Below are positions 20,273 through 30,288 of a stretch of 64,000 nt of DNA, piece after piece. Under the pieces are notes generated by a model. That model did no database searches. It had not been told where the DNA came from and saw nothing but the letters and a program-made list of their open reading frames with translations. Source of the DNA: Myxococcota bacterium. Its GTDB lineage: Bacteria > Myxococcota_A > Bradymonadia > UBA7976 > UBA1532. The DNA lies in the NCBI GenBank assembly GCA_036337435.1, contig JAYZEG010000037.1, forward strand, positions 97,590 through 161,589, in the 5' to 3' direction. Made by a program: the position numbers and the translations under genes. Each line of letters begins with the position of its first letter. Position 1 is the stretch's first letter.

Positions 20273-21256
20273 CTAGTAGGCGGCAAGTTCTCGGGCTGTT
20301 TTCACGATATCCCCAACCTGGGGAAGAAACGCTTTTTCTAATTCCTTGTTGTACGGCACCGGAGTATCCGCCGCCGTGACCCTCAACACTGGTGCATCGA
20401 GCCACTCAAAAACATTCTCATTAATTCGACTTGTCAACTCGCCTGCCAAACCAGCTGTGCGAGTATCCTCGTGCGCGATCAGTACCTTACCGCACTCTTT
20501 GACAGCTGCAAGAACCATCTCATCATCGAGCGGCTGAAGGGTTCTCAAATCAAGAATTCGAGTCCTTACTCCATCCTGACTCAAAACCTCGGCCGCTTCG
20601 ATACATTTGTGTACCATAGCACCGTAAGAAATGATGACCAAATCGTCACCAGGACGACGAATGGCCGCGCGACCCAATTGGCCGATGACACTCTTATCTG
20701 GCAGTGTCTCCCTCAAAGCAGGCTGTCGGTAAAGTGCTTTATGCTCGATGAATAGGACTGGGTTCGGGTCGCGGATGGCAGCCTTCAAAAGAATCTTCGC
20801 ATCCGTGGGTGTGCTGGGGGCGACCACCTTAATGCCCGGCGTTTTGATGAAGTACATTTCTATGCTCTGACTGTGGAATGGCCCACCACCAACGCCGCCG
20901 CCACCAGGTCCGCGGACGACGATTGGAATTTCAGCTCCCCAGCGGTAATGGCATTTGGCAGCAAAGTTGGTCAGTTGGTCAAACCCACACGACAGAAAAT
21001 CGAGGAACTGAATCTCCACGACCGGCCGTAAGCCGGTCAGGGCTGCACCGATAGCCGCACCGATAATACCAGCCTCCGCGATGGGTGTGTCGATAATGCG
21101 GTCTTCGCCGAAATGATCGCGGAAGCCATCGGTCACCTTGAACGCGCCTCCGTAAGCACCGATGTCTTCTCCCATGAGGAAAACCCGGTCATCGACCGTG
21201 AGTTCCTCGTGGAGTGCCTCACGGACGGCTTCAATATAGGTGGCACCTGAAGGCAT
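20273..21256 (-). CDS. 2-oxoacid dehydrogenase E1 beta subunit (branched-chain/pyruvate type)
   Basis: GEDIG.YGGAFKVT, DTPIAE, VVEIQF.DF, HSQS.E and LDLRTL.PLD. Confidence 0.93.
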   Translation of the reverse strand: MPSGATYIEAVREALHEELTVDDRVFLMGEDIGAYGGAFKVTDGFRDHFGEDRIIDTPIAEAGIIGAAIGAALTGLRPVVEIQFLDFLSCGFDQLTNFAAKCHYRWGAEIPIVVRGPGGGGVGGGPFHSQSIEMYFIKTPGIKVVAPSTPTDAKILLKAAIRDPNPVLFIEHKALYRQPALRETLPDKSVIGQLGRAAIRRPGDDLVIISYGAMVHKCIEAAEVLSQDGVRTRILDLRTLQPLDDEMVLAAVKECGKVLIAHEDTRTAGLAGELTSRINENVFEWLDAPVLRVTAADTPVPYNKELEKAFLPQVGDIVKTARELAAY

Positions 21257-21271
21257 TGCGTCTGCGTCCGA

Positions 21272-22675
21272 TCACATGTGAATCGCGTGGCCAAGCGTCG
21301 CATGCGCTGCCTCACCAATCGCTTCGGCCAACGTCGGATGTGCATGGATGGAACGCGCGAGCTCTTCGACGGTACACTCGAGTCTAAGCATCGGCACCGC
21401 TTCGGCGATCAATTCAGTCGCGTGCGGTCCAATGATGTGAACACCCAGAATTTCGTCATATTTCTCGTCTGCAACGATTTTAACGAAGCCTGTCGTATCG
21501 TTGATGACTTTTGCCTTGCCAACGGCTGTGAATGGGAACTTCCCGACCTTGAGCGTGTACCCTTGGTCCTTAGCTTGAGTTTCTGTCAGACCGACGGAGC
21601 CAACCTCCGGGTTTGAATAGGTGCAATTAGGACAATGGGTATAGTTGATAGGCTGCGGGTCGAGTCCAGCCAAGTGTTCTACGGCAACAATGGCTTCGTG
21701 ACTGGCTGCATGAGCAAGTTGCGGCGTTCCCGACACGATGTCGCCGATGGCGTAAATCCCCGGCTCATCTGTTCGACCGTATTCATCGGTCTTCAAAAAG
21801 CCCCTATCGGATTTGATTTTCGTCTTTTCTAAGCCGAGGCCTTCGGTAACAGGCCGACGTCCGATAGCCACAAGACAGTGACTCACTCTGACGTTGGTTT
21901 GCTTGCCACCGGGCTCCTCGAAGGACGCCTTTACCTTCTCACCATCCATCTCAAGCCCAAGGCATTTGGTTCCCGTCTTGACCTTAATCCCTCGTCTTTT
22001 AAATGCCTTTGCGAATTCAGCTGAGACCTCTTCGTCTTCTAGGGGAACGAGGCGATCCTGTAGTTCGACGATGGTCACATCGGCACCGAAGCTCCTGTAC
22101 ACACTGGCGAATTCAACACCGACAGCCCCAGCACCGAGAACCAGCAGGTGTTTTGGAATCTCCACGAGTTCCAAGAGTTCGTCACTGGTCAAGATCCGCT
22201 CACCGTCAACATCAAAACCAGGAAAATGCCGAACGGCTGACCCAGTCGCCAAAACGATATGCTTTGCACTCAATTCCGTGACGCCATCGTCGGCGGTGAC
22301 CGACACTTTACCGCCGCCCTTCAAAGCACCAAACCCGCGATAGGTCGTCACCTTATTTTTCTTCAACAGAAAAGCAACACCGCCGGCATTGGCTTTGATC
22401 ACGCGGTCTTTGCGTTTGAGCACCTTGCCGATATCAATACTGACATCCCCAAGGTTGACGCCAAAATCGTCTGCATGTCTGGCATGGTCAGCAAGCGATG
22501 CTGACTCCAGCATACTCTTTGTTGGAATGCAGCCTCGCAGTAGGCAAGTGCCACCAAATCGATCGTCTTTTTCGACAATCGCTGTCTTTAAACCGAGCTG
22601 ACCGGCACGTATCGCAGCGACGTAGCCGCCGGGTCCGCTGCCGATCACAACAACGTCGTAGGTTGTGGTCATCAT
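21272..22675 (-). CDS. lpdA: Dihydrolipoyl dehydrogenase (E3)
   Basis: GSGPGGYVAAIRA, GGTCLLRGCIPTK, GAGAVGVEFA and HAHPTLAE. Start at ATG 22675 or 22672. Confidence 0.96.
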   Translation of the reverse strand: MMTTTYDVVVIGSGPGGYVAAIRAGQLGLKTAIVEKDDRFGGTCLLRGCIPTKSMLESASLADHARHADDFGVNLGDVSIDIGKVLKRKDRVIKANAGGVAFLLKKNKVTTYRGFGALKGGGKVSVTADDGVTELSAKHIVLATGSAVRHFPGFDVDGERILTSDELLELVEIPKHLLVLGAGAVGVEFASVYRSFGADVTIVELQDRLVPLEDEEVSAEFAKAFKRRGIKVKTGTKCLGLEMDGEKVKASFEEPGGKQTNVRVSHCLVAIGRRPVTEGLGLEKTKIKSDRGFLKTDEYGRTDEPGIYAIGDIVSGTPQLAHAASHEAIVAVEHLAGLDPQPINYTHCPNCTYSNPEVGSVGLTETQAKDQGYTLKVGKFPFTAVGKAKVINDTTGFVKIVADEKYDEILGVHIIGPHATELIAEAVPMLRLECTVEELARSIHAHPTLAEAIGEAAHATLGHAIHM

Positions 22676-22930
22676 TAACCTCGTTAGAGCTATCCCTTGA
22701 AAAGCCGTTCGTACTACGTTGGCCAAGGATTATCAAGCTGAGTCTACCTTGGACGGAGTGGCCCAGAGAAATGTTACAACGATGTCAAATATGATGGAGT
22801 AAGAGCAGGGCCAATGCGTCCACCAGCTATCCAGCTCCCTGTAAGATCGTCCATGTCGAGATCCCTTGACGAGGACGTCTGTCCCGCCTATTGGAAAGAC
22901 TGAGGTAATCCGTTTCTGAAGGTCGATAAG

Positions 22931-23731
22931 ATGAAATTAACCCAAGCACTGATCCTAAGTCTGGACACGGAAACAACGGGGCCCGATCCAAAGCATGACA
23001 AGATTGTCGAGATCGGCGGAGGCTACCTGCAGGCTGGCGAACAAGTCGGCCCAATGCTGCGCGCGCTCGTAGACCCTGAACGTTACATCCCCGCCGGTGC
23101 AACACAGGTTCATGGCATTCGCAATGAAGATGTCGAAAATGCTCCAAAATGGCCCGAAGTCGCGGCCCGATTGAAAACGCATATCGACGCGGATCCAGTG
23201 ATCGTAGGGTACAACATCCTGGGGTTTGATTCGCCGATCATCAATCACGAAAACGAACGCAATCAGATCGACTGGCGCATGCCGAGAAGCCTCGACCCAT
23301 TCGTTTGGGTCATGTGGTATGAGCGAGGTGCCGTGATCAAAAAGCTCGGCCCCACCTGCGAGAGATATGGCGTCAGTCTACCAGAGGACCGAGCACACAC
23401 CGCCGATGCCGATGCCTTTGCGACCGGTCTTCTTCTCATGTCCATGGTCATCGAAGGCATTATTCCAGACGATGTGGAATGGGCCTTCGCGGAGCAAGCC
23501 GCGCTGCGAAAAAAACTTGATGAGGAATATCAAGAATTCGGACGTGCGATTTTTCCTGACAGAGCCTCGGGCGTCTATCGGTTGGGCATGGGAAAGCACT
23601 GTGGAACCCCCGTCGACGAAGCGGACGAAGGCTATTTAAAGTGGCTCGCAGGTCGCCCCGATCTGACCCCAACCAGCCGAAGCATTCTCAAGCGTACGCT
23701 GGGCGAGGTTGAACAGATCGGGCTGTTTTAA
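22931..23731 (+). CDS. DEDDh 3'-5' exonuclease (DnaQ/ExoX-like) with C-terminal GKH.G...YL.W module
   Basis: ExoI LDTETTG, ExoII YN..FD, ExoIII HTADAD, and C-terminal LGMGKHCGTPVDEADEGYLKWL. Confidence 0.87.
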   Translation: MKLTQALILSLDTETTGPDPKHDKIVEIGGGYLQAGEQVGPMLRALVDPERYIPAGATQVHGIRNEDVENAPKWPEVAARLKTHIDADPVIVGYNILGFDSPIINHENERNQIDWRMPRSLDPFVWVMWYERGAVIKKLGPTCERYGVSLPEDRAHTADADAFATGLLLMSMVIEGIIPDDVEWAFAEQAALRKKLDEEYQEFGRAIFPDRASGVYRLGMGKHCGTPVDEADEGYLKWLAGRPDLTPTSRSILKRTLGEVEQIGLF

Positions 23732-23736
23732 ACACG

Positions 23737-24201
23737 ATGACCGAGAACAGAGCAAAAATTTGGGTCGACGCCGACGCGGTTCCACGCGAAATTCGACGTG
23801 TCATTCTAAAGGCCTCACAAAGGAGACGAGTCGAAACTCTTTTTGTCGCCAATCGAATTCCATACGGTCTGACAGGGCCGTACGTCAGTGCAATCCAGGT
23901 TCAAACATCCGATGATGCAGCCGATGATTACATCGTCGAGCACTGTCGGACCGGTGACCTGGTCGTCTCTGCGGATGTCCCATTAGCGGCTCGCGTTGTC
24001 GAGTCTGGTGCTTTGATCATCCAACCAAGGGGTCGAGTACTTGACGCAGAAACAGTTCGAGAGTCCTTAAGTGTCCGAGACTTTAATGAGGAATTGCGGT
24101 CAGCAGGTCACGAGACCGGTGGACAAGCCCCCTTCAAGCCAGCTGACAAAATGCGCTTTGCAAACGCGCTCGATCGCTGGCTTACGTTGAACGGTTTTTA
24201 G
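23737..24201 (+). CDS. YaiI/YqxD (UPF0178) family protein
   Basis: IWVDADAVP, DAADDYI, DLVVSADVPLA and F.NALDR. Confidence 0.9.
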   Translation: MTENRAKIWVDADAVPREIRRVILKASQRRRVETLFVANRIPYGLTGPYVSAIQVQTSDDAADDYIVEHCRTGDLVVSADVPLAARVVESGALIIQPRGRVLDAETVRESLSVRDFNEELRSAGHETGGQAPFKPADKMRFANALDRWLTLNGF

Positions 24202-24219
24202 CGGCGGCATACAACCGAC

Positions 24220-25734
24220 TCAGCGCTCCGATTCCAACCAGGCGGACGCGCGTAAATTAGACGCATCCATCTGGTGGCTCGCCACTGGCCTGTGGGTCCG
24301 AAAGCGGTATTCAAAGACCATAATCCCCTGTTCAGACTCGATATTTCTGAGCTCATCGTTTTGAAGTCTCGAAAGGGCATAAGCGATGGCCAAGCTGAGA
24401 CCCCATCCTGGAGACCCAAGCCCCGTTTCGAGCCGATGACGGTAAAGCCTGTCTGATAATTTTGGCATACTGATGGTCTCCGATGCGTCGCCATCATCCA
24501 TGACTCTAACGACGACATCACTTCCCTCGGCGTATGCAGAGACAGACACACGCTCCCTGGCATGGATCAGGGCATTGTAAATGAGATTACCAAGGCTTTG
24601 TTCACACAAAGTAGAGTCTGACTCGGTCACGAGCTGAGCACTATCAACTGCACACTCGAACACAATGCCGCGCTCTCGGGCCAGATTGGAGAATCGATGA
24701 CTGAGAGCTGACAAAATGGAGTCGATTCGGGTCTTTTCTCGACTGACTCTCACGCTGCTCAACTCCACTTCAAACAAAGTGACGAGACTCGAGAAAACAA
24801 TATGTAGGTACTCAACCTCTTGAGCGAGTTTGCCAGACGTATCGATATTTGCGCCCAAGCGTCCAATGCCTAATTTGAGAGAGGCCAAAGGGGTTCTGAC
24901 ATCATGTGCTAAAGCAGCTAGGTGAGTTTTTAGATTCAATCTTTCACGACGCAATTCGACTTGGGATTTTTCAAGGTCTCGGCCGGCACCGATGAGGTTG
25001 AGATAGGTGAGTCTGACAACTTCAACAGCGTTGGCCATCGGCATCAAAGAAAATGCGTAGGACCATTGAAAAAGAAAACCGAGAAGTTCGATAACAATCG
25101 CCACCCCCGTCAGTGAAATCCCGAAAACTAAACTCCGATCCGGTCTCGCTTTTGCACGGACCTGTCGCAGAAAAAAAACCATCGAAATCAACACGTTGAG
25201 TGCGATGAAGCCAGAGAGTAGTAAGGTCACATCATTAGGGCTAAAAGCACCCCCTAAGTGAACCATCACAACACTCGCAGCCGCCGGTGGTTGAGAACTG
25301 AAAATGATATGTTCACCGGTCACTAAGGCATAAATTACCGAGGTACTGACAATCAACATAACCAAGGCGTAGGCAGCGACGAAAAAGCGTACTTGGCGTA
25401 ATTCAAGACCAAGATGTGCTGTCAATGTTCGGACGTAAAGATAGCCAGCGACGGGTGCGACGAGCCAACATAGATGGAATAAAAATCGAATGCCTTTTGG
25501 GCCGATATCAAAAAATGGGGCAACTGTGGTTCCGTACAGGGCAAGACAAATCGCGGCCGACGCGAAGGCGAAACGCTTCAGATATTTTAGTTCAGGTGAC
25601 GAATTGTTTTTACCAAAGGAGACGTTGATTAACCCCTGCTGGAGAAAAACACCTGCAAACAGTAGGTACAAAGAAAGGGGAATTAGCACAAAGCTGCTAT
25701 TGCTCAACTCAATCAACGCAACATCCATCCTCAA
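24220..25734 (-). CDS. Membrane-bound sensor histidine kinase (about 7 TM segments + HisKA + atypical HATPase)
   Basis: Multiple hydrophobic segments, H-box AHDVRTPL, N-box NLIYNAL, and degenerate G1 (DDGDA) and G2 (GWGLSLAI). Confidence 0.8.
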   Translation of the reverse strand: MRMDVALIELSNSSFVLIPLSLYLLFAGVFLQQGLINVSFGKNNSSPELKYLKRFAFASAAICLALYGTTVAPFFDIGPKGIRFLFHLCWLVAPVAGYLYVRTLTAHLGLELRQVRFFVAAYALVMLIVSTSVIYALVTGEHIIFSSQPPAAASVVMVHLGGAFSPNDVTLLLSGFIALNVLISMVFFLRQVRAKARPDRSLVFGISLTGVAIVIELLGFLFQWSYAFSLMPMANAVEVVRLTYLNLIGAGRDLEKSQVELRRERLNLKTHLAALAHDVRTPLASLKLGIGRLGANIDTSGKLAQEVEYLHIVFSSLVTLFEVELSSVRVSREKTRIDSILSALSHRFSNLARERGIVFECAVDSAQLVTESDSTLCEQSLGNLIYNALIHARERVSVSAYAEGSDVVVRVMDDGDASETISMPKLSDRLYRHRLETGLGSPGWGLSLAIAYALSRLQNDELRNIESEQGIMVFEYRFRTHRPVASHQMDASNLRASAWLESER

Positions 25735-25841
25735 TGTTGTCCAAAACCACCTTCGTCAAAAACGAGCCAACCAACGGACCGAACACAGCCTGAATGTGCA
25801 GTTCAAATCGATGTCGAATAAACCAGGTTTGCTTCAACAAG

Positions 25842-26417
25842 CTAACCTCCATAGTGCTGAACGATGGCCTCTGCTCGCTTCACGAACGCCTCTCTATGAA
25901 ATTGATTAAAGTTGTCCCAGGTGCAAAATGTCGATGAATCTTGAACACGGTCGACAAACAAGCGTCCTTCCAAATGATCAAATTCGTGCTGAAAAGTACC
26001 CGCAGTCAATCCATGAACATCTAAATGAATTGGATTACCTGTCCGATCCAGAGCATCGATCTGCACGTGCATCGACCGGCTCACAAGGCCTCGCAGATTG
26101 GGTACGCTGAGGCAGCCTTCATACAACTGTTCGCTTGACTCACCGATGACTGTCACCGTTGGATTGACAAACACCGTAAGGGGAAAGTTTGGTTTGTACG
26201 GGTAGCGGGGGTTATCCGCAATCTGAACGGCCGCGATGGCCACGGGGTGTCCAACCTGCGGCGCAGCCAGCCCGGCACCGTTCGCAGCGCACATGGTCTC
26301 GACTAGATCGTCGATGAACCCTTGGATCTCTTGAGATCTAAGCTCGTCTAGACTGATGCGCCTGCAGACGGTTCTCAGGATTGGGTCCCCGATGAGTCTG
26401 ATGGGCAGTACGGCCAA
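25842..26417 (-). CDS. def: Peptide deformylase
   Basis: GAGLAAPQ, EGCLS and HEFDH motifs. TTG start at 26417 has an AGGAG SD. Confidence 0.95.
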   Translation of the reverse strand: MAVLPIRLIGDPILRTVCRRISLDELRSQEIQGFIDDLVETMCAANGAGLAAPQVGHPVAIAAVQIADNPRYPYKPNFPLTVFVNPTVTVIGESSEQLYEGCLSVPNLRGLVSRSMHVQIDALDRTGNPIHLDVHGLTAGTFQHEFDHLEGRLFVDRVQDSSTFCTWDNFNQFHREAFVKRAEAIVQHYGG

Positions 26418-26431
26418 AATATGTCTCCTAT

Positions 26432-27067
26432 TTAACCCTTTGGTCCTGCAACCGGATCGTGACCATGCTGCACCATTCGGTCCGCGAACCGAAAAAGATA
26501 GTCGAAGCACTCGGCTTGAGTTTTCGCGTGCTGCCAATCCCGACCCCACACATAAATGCCATGTCGTCTCACGAGAACAGCGTCGGCTTGCGGATTGGCA
26601 TCGATTGCAAGTGCCATGCTCTCGGTCAATTCACATTCACGTGCTGTGTTCTCAATGATGGGTACTTCAACGGTATCGTAGTAACCATAATCTCGGAGGC
26701 CTTTGATCATCTCGACATGACTCACCCGAAACATATTGCCAAAATGGACCGTTGCCATAAGAGCATCCAGACTGTGGCTATGGAGGACGGCACCCGCACC
26801 CCTTTGGCGGAACGCATTGAAAAACAGTGGTGAGCATTCAGTCAGCTTGAGTGCCTTATTTTGTGGTGCTTTCAAAATTTGACCGTCCAGGTCTAGTTCA
26901 AAGACATCCTCTGGTCTAATCCGTTCCTTCTGAACACCACTGGGTGCCATATAGACAATATTATCGGCCCGAATCGCGATGCCTCCGCCCGTGCCTGTAC
27001 ACCATCCTAAATGATAGAATTGCCTACACAGCTCAGGGATTAAATTGCGTGGATGCTCGTCTTTCAT
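26432..27067 (-). CDS. mtnB: Methylthioribulose-1-phosphate dehydratase (class II aldolase fold)
   Basis: ELCRQFYHLGWCTGTGGG, APSGVQKE, GAVLHSHS, EMIKG, VPIIEN and LVRRHG.YVWG. Start at ATG 27067. Confidence 0.92.
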   Translation of the reverse strand: MKDEHPRNLIPELCRQFYHLGWCTGTGGGIAIRADNIVYMAPSGVQKERIRPEDVFELDLDGQILKAPQNKALKLTECSPLFFNAFRQRGAGAVLHSHSLDALMATVHFGNMFRVSHVEMIKGLRDYGYYDTVEVPIIENTARECELTESMALAIDANPQADAVLVRRHGIYVWGRDWQHAKTQAECFDYLFRFADRMVQHGHDPVAGPKG

Positions 27068-27137
27068 GCCAATTGTACTCCAATCTGTCCAATGCCCGTA
27101 GGTTGCAACTGTTGTGGGCCAAGAGCAAGCCAAACAG

Positions 27138-27632
27138 CTACTCTGTCCGTCGATAGGCTTCGTGCAACAAGGTTTTAAAGCCAAGCGCCTGCCAAAAACA
27201 GCTGGCTTCTTGATTGTTGGGGTCATAATTCACTTGAATATCTGTGACCCCACGACGCTTGAATTCGTTGGTCAAATCGTCAACCAGGGCGCGACCTAAA
27301 CCGTGTCCACGGTAATTCGAATCAACAACGAGATCGAAGATCATGCCCACCGTACGGACAACATACACAGGTGCTCGTTGACCAATGGAGCCCAAAGTAT
27401 AGCCGACGACTTGCCCGGCTTTCTCGGCCACGCGGATAACAGAATCGGACTCATCTAACTTCCGACGCACCCATGCACGCCAAGTCGCCGGACTATGGGT
27501 TTCAGTATCGTATAGCCTTGGCTCTAAGGACTTATGGTGGGCCATCAGCTGGCCCCATAAAACGACGATTTCATCGAGATCGATTAAACGCGCTGCCCGA
27601 ATTTTGACCGGTGTCACTGAATCCATGCTCAT
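27138..27632 (-). CDS. GNAT family N-acetyltransferase
   Basis: IRAA...D, motif A LVVDSNYRGHGLGRALV, and N..A..FW..LGF. Confidence 0.88.
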   Translation of the reverse strand: MSMDSVTPVKIRAARLIDLDEIVVLWGQLMAHHKSLEPRLYDTETHSPATWRAWVRRKLDESDSVIRVAEKAGQVVGYTLGSIGQRAPVYVVRTVGMIFDLVVDSNYRGHGLGRALVDDLTNEFKRRGVTDIQVNYDPNNQEASCFWQALGFKTLLHEAYRRTE

Positions 27633-28483
27633 ATCTTTTCAATGGCAAATCGAACGATTCGGTTCGCTAATTTTCCTGGAATTTCCAAATGCGGAGAATG
27701 TCCAAACCCAACGGGGGTCTCAATGGCTACATTCTCCGGCATATGGTCTCGATACCAATGAAGGCATTCAATGGGTAGAAGACGTTCTGATTGCCCCCAT
27801 AGCAGTAGCGTGGGTGGCTTGAGTCTAGCAACCTCACTCGAAGACATGGGTTCGATGTCTGCATCGGGTGCCAAAAATGAACTGATTGAACCCCGACTCA
27901 GTAAACGGGTTATTTCGCGGCCGATCAAGAACCGATACCAAGGCGGTTTATGAAATAGTCTGGCCATAAAGGCACGTCCATCAGCCGCTGTTTTTACCTC
28001 AAAACAGCGGCGAACATGCGCGAACCCATCAGGTGTCATGGGTGCGCCGGCGGGAGAAATTAACACAAGGCGTACGACATTATGCGGTGCAGCCAGCGCA
28101 TATTTCATTGCCATCGCACCACCGAGAGAAGTGCCGACGAGCACAACTGGCTCATCTAAATTATCGTCCAAGAATGACGCGAGGCGCGCGAATGTTTCTT
28201 GTGCGGTAACAGTTTTGTCAGGCGTGTCACTAAAGCCATGTCCGAGAAGGTCTGGTGCCAGAATATACGAGGCTGTTTTTTTTAATCGCCTCAACAGCCG
28301 CGCAAAGGCAGACGCATGAGTACCCAGTCCATGTAAAACAACGTATCTGACATGGCCCTGCCCCTGTCCGAGGACATAGCTGTGCATTTGTGAGCCATGG
28401 GGGCCCGACATAGAGCTGCGAAACCCGTCTTTTATTAAGATCCGACGAATGACCCGCTGGTGAATGTCTAGTAACCCGTTCAT
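27629..28483 (-). CDS. Alpha/beta fold hydrolase
   Basis: LHGLG, PDLLGHGFS, nucleophile GTSLG, LLWG and GHSPHLE. Confidence 0.88.
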   Translation of the reverse strand: MNGLLDIHQRVIRRILIKDGFRSSMSGPHGSQMHSYVLGQGQGHVRYVVLHGLGTHASAFARLLRRLKKTASYILAPDLLGHGFSDTPDKTVTAQETFARLASFLDDNLDEPVVLVGTSLGGAMAMKYALAAPHNVVRLVLISPAGAPMTPDGFAHVRRCFEVKTAADGRAFMARLFHKPPWYRFLIGREITRLLSRGSISSFLAPDADIEPMSSSEVARLKPPTLLLWGQSERLLPIECLHWYRDHMPENVAIETPVGFGHSPHLEIPGKLANRIVRFAIEKI

Positions 28484-28544
28484 AGACGAACACCATGATG
28501 ACCGACGCTCGTTAGCAAGGCAAATCTCCGACCTGTTGTACGCA

Positions 28545-30278
28545 TCAATGGGCCAGTTGCCGTTCGACTAACTGAGCGTACAAGCCGTCCCGCCCCATCA
28601 GCTGTTGATGGGAACCACTCTGTGCGACTCGGCCTCCATCGATCACCAAAATTCTATCAGCCGATTTCACAGTGCTCAGACGGTGAGCGATCACCAGGGT
28701 GGTCCGGCCTGACATGAGTTTTTTGAGTGCATCCTGAACCAAGTATTCCGATTCGGCATCCAACGCACTCGTTGCTTCATCAAGGATCAACACCGGCGCA
28801 TCTTCGAGCAGGGCGCGTGCGATGGCAATTCTCTGCCGCTGCCCACCCGATAAACGAATGCCGCGTTCGCCGATATGTGTGGCCATCCCCTCCGGTAAAC
28901 CCGTGACGAACTCCGCAGCATTTGCAGCACGGGCCGCGTCCATGACCTCGTCCATTGTTGCTTCAGGCCGGCCGTAACGGATGTTTTCCGCGATACTCGT
29001 CGCAAACAGTATGGGATCTTGGGCAACCACACCAATCTGACTTCGATACCAGGTCGCATCGAGAGATGGCAGACCATGACCATCGATACAAATCTCACCT
29101 TCATCCGGGTCATAAAATCGGCTGACCAGGGATGCGATGGTTGATTTACCGCCACCCGATGGACCAACCAGGGCAACGCATTCACCGGCCTTCAATGTCA
29201 GAGTAATTCCCCGTAAAACTTGAACATCGTCCCGAGCGGGATAGGAGAAGTGCACGTTCTCTAAGGTCACCTCACCGACCAATTTGGGTAGAACCACGTC
29301 GCCAGAGACCATTTTTGGACTGCGCTCAAGAAGTTCAAACACGCGCTCACTTGCCCCGATTGCCCGCATGAAATCTTGCCAAACGCGCCCGAGTGCTGCG
29401 ATTGAGAAAGCAACTGTGAAGGGGTACAGCAGAAATGATGTCAACTCACCCATTGTCAACGCGTTCTCGACAAGGAGATGCCCGCCGTACCAAAGGACGC
29501 CGCTGATGGCACCGTAGCCGGCAAATGCCGCTATCGCACCAAAGACAGCATCAATTCGAGCTCGTTTTCGAGCCAATTCGAACGACACCGAGATCTGAGA
29601 TTGGTAGCGCTCAGCTTCTTGCTGCTCTCTAGAAAATGCGCGGACCGTTCGTATCCCGGATAGAGTTTCATCAGCAATTTCTGTCGCGGTTGCCAAGGCA
29701 TCTTGAACCTGCCGAGACAAACGTCTGACCCATCGGCCGTAAAATAAAGCACCAGCGACGGCGACTGGCACCAAAATAAGCATGACAATGGTCAAACGCC
29801 ATGATGTCCAGGCTAGAATGGCGATGGCTCCAAGTGTTGTGATGGTATAGCGCAGAAACATGGACACATTTACAGTCGCAGTATTCTGCACAACAGTGGT
29901 GTCTGCAGATAACCGATTGGTCATTTCGCCCGTTCTACGCTCATCGAAAAAAGCGATTTCTTGACGAACTAAACTTGCATAGAGACGCTGTCGAAGACGG
30001 GTCACAATTCGCTCACCTGTGATCGTGAATAAATACATCCGAACAGCGGTTAAAATCGATGTAAGGGCAAATAGAATCAGCAATTGAAAAGCATATTGGT
30101 CGACGGCTGCTACCCCGCCTCCACCGCCCACCCCATCGACGATGAGCCTGACCAGTTGAGGATACGTCAAAGTGAGGCCGGCTGTACCAAGCAAGGCCAG
30201 CGTAGCCCACACCAAGGGGAGCAGTTCGGGTCGTGCAAGGGCGAGTATGCGCTTGAATGGGTCTAAACGCCGGTCCAT
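28545..30278 (-). CDS. ABC exporter half-transporter (ABCB/MsbA-like, fused TMD-NBD)
   Basis: Six TM segments, FFDERRTGE, Walker A GPSGGGKS, LSGGQRQR, ILDEATSALD and IAHRLST. Start at ATG 30278. Confidence 0.93.
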   Translation of the reverse strand: MDRRLDPFKRILALARPELLPLVWATLALLGTAGLTLTYPQLVRLIVDGVGGGGGVAAVDQYAFQLLILFALTSILTAVRMYLFTITGERIVTRLRQRLYASLVRQEIAFFDERRTGEMTNRLSADTTVVQNTATVNVSMFLRYTITTLGAIAILAWTSWRLTIVMLILVPVAVAGALFYGRWVRRLSRQVQDALATATEIADETLSGIRTVRAFSREQQEAERYQSQISVSFELARKRARIDAVFGAIAAFAGYGAISGVLWYGGHLLVENALTMGELTSFLLYPFTVAFSIAALGRVWQDFMRAIGASERVFELLERSPKMVSGDVVLPKLVGEVTLENVHFSYPARDDVQVLRGITLTLKAGECVALVGPSGGGKSTIASLVSRFYDPDEGEICIDGHGLPSLDATWYRSQIGVVAQDPILFATSIAENIRYGRPEATMDEVMDAARAANAAEFVTGLPEGMATHIGERGIRLSGGQRQRIAIARALLEDAPVLILDEATSALDAESEYLVQDALKKLMSGRTTLVIAHRLSTVKSADRILVIDGGRVAQSGSHQQLMGRDGLYAQLVERQLAH

Positions 30279-30288
30279 AAACGTGACT

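Noticed and set aside
19758..20341. Long antisense ORFs opposite E2 (also those opposite OmpA, mfd, pilN and pilQ)
   Set aside because: These are shadow ORFs of biased coding strands, with no motifs or SD.
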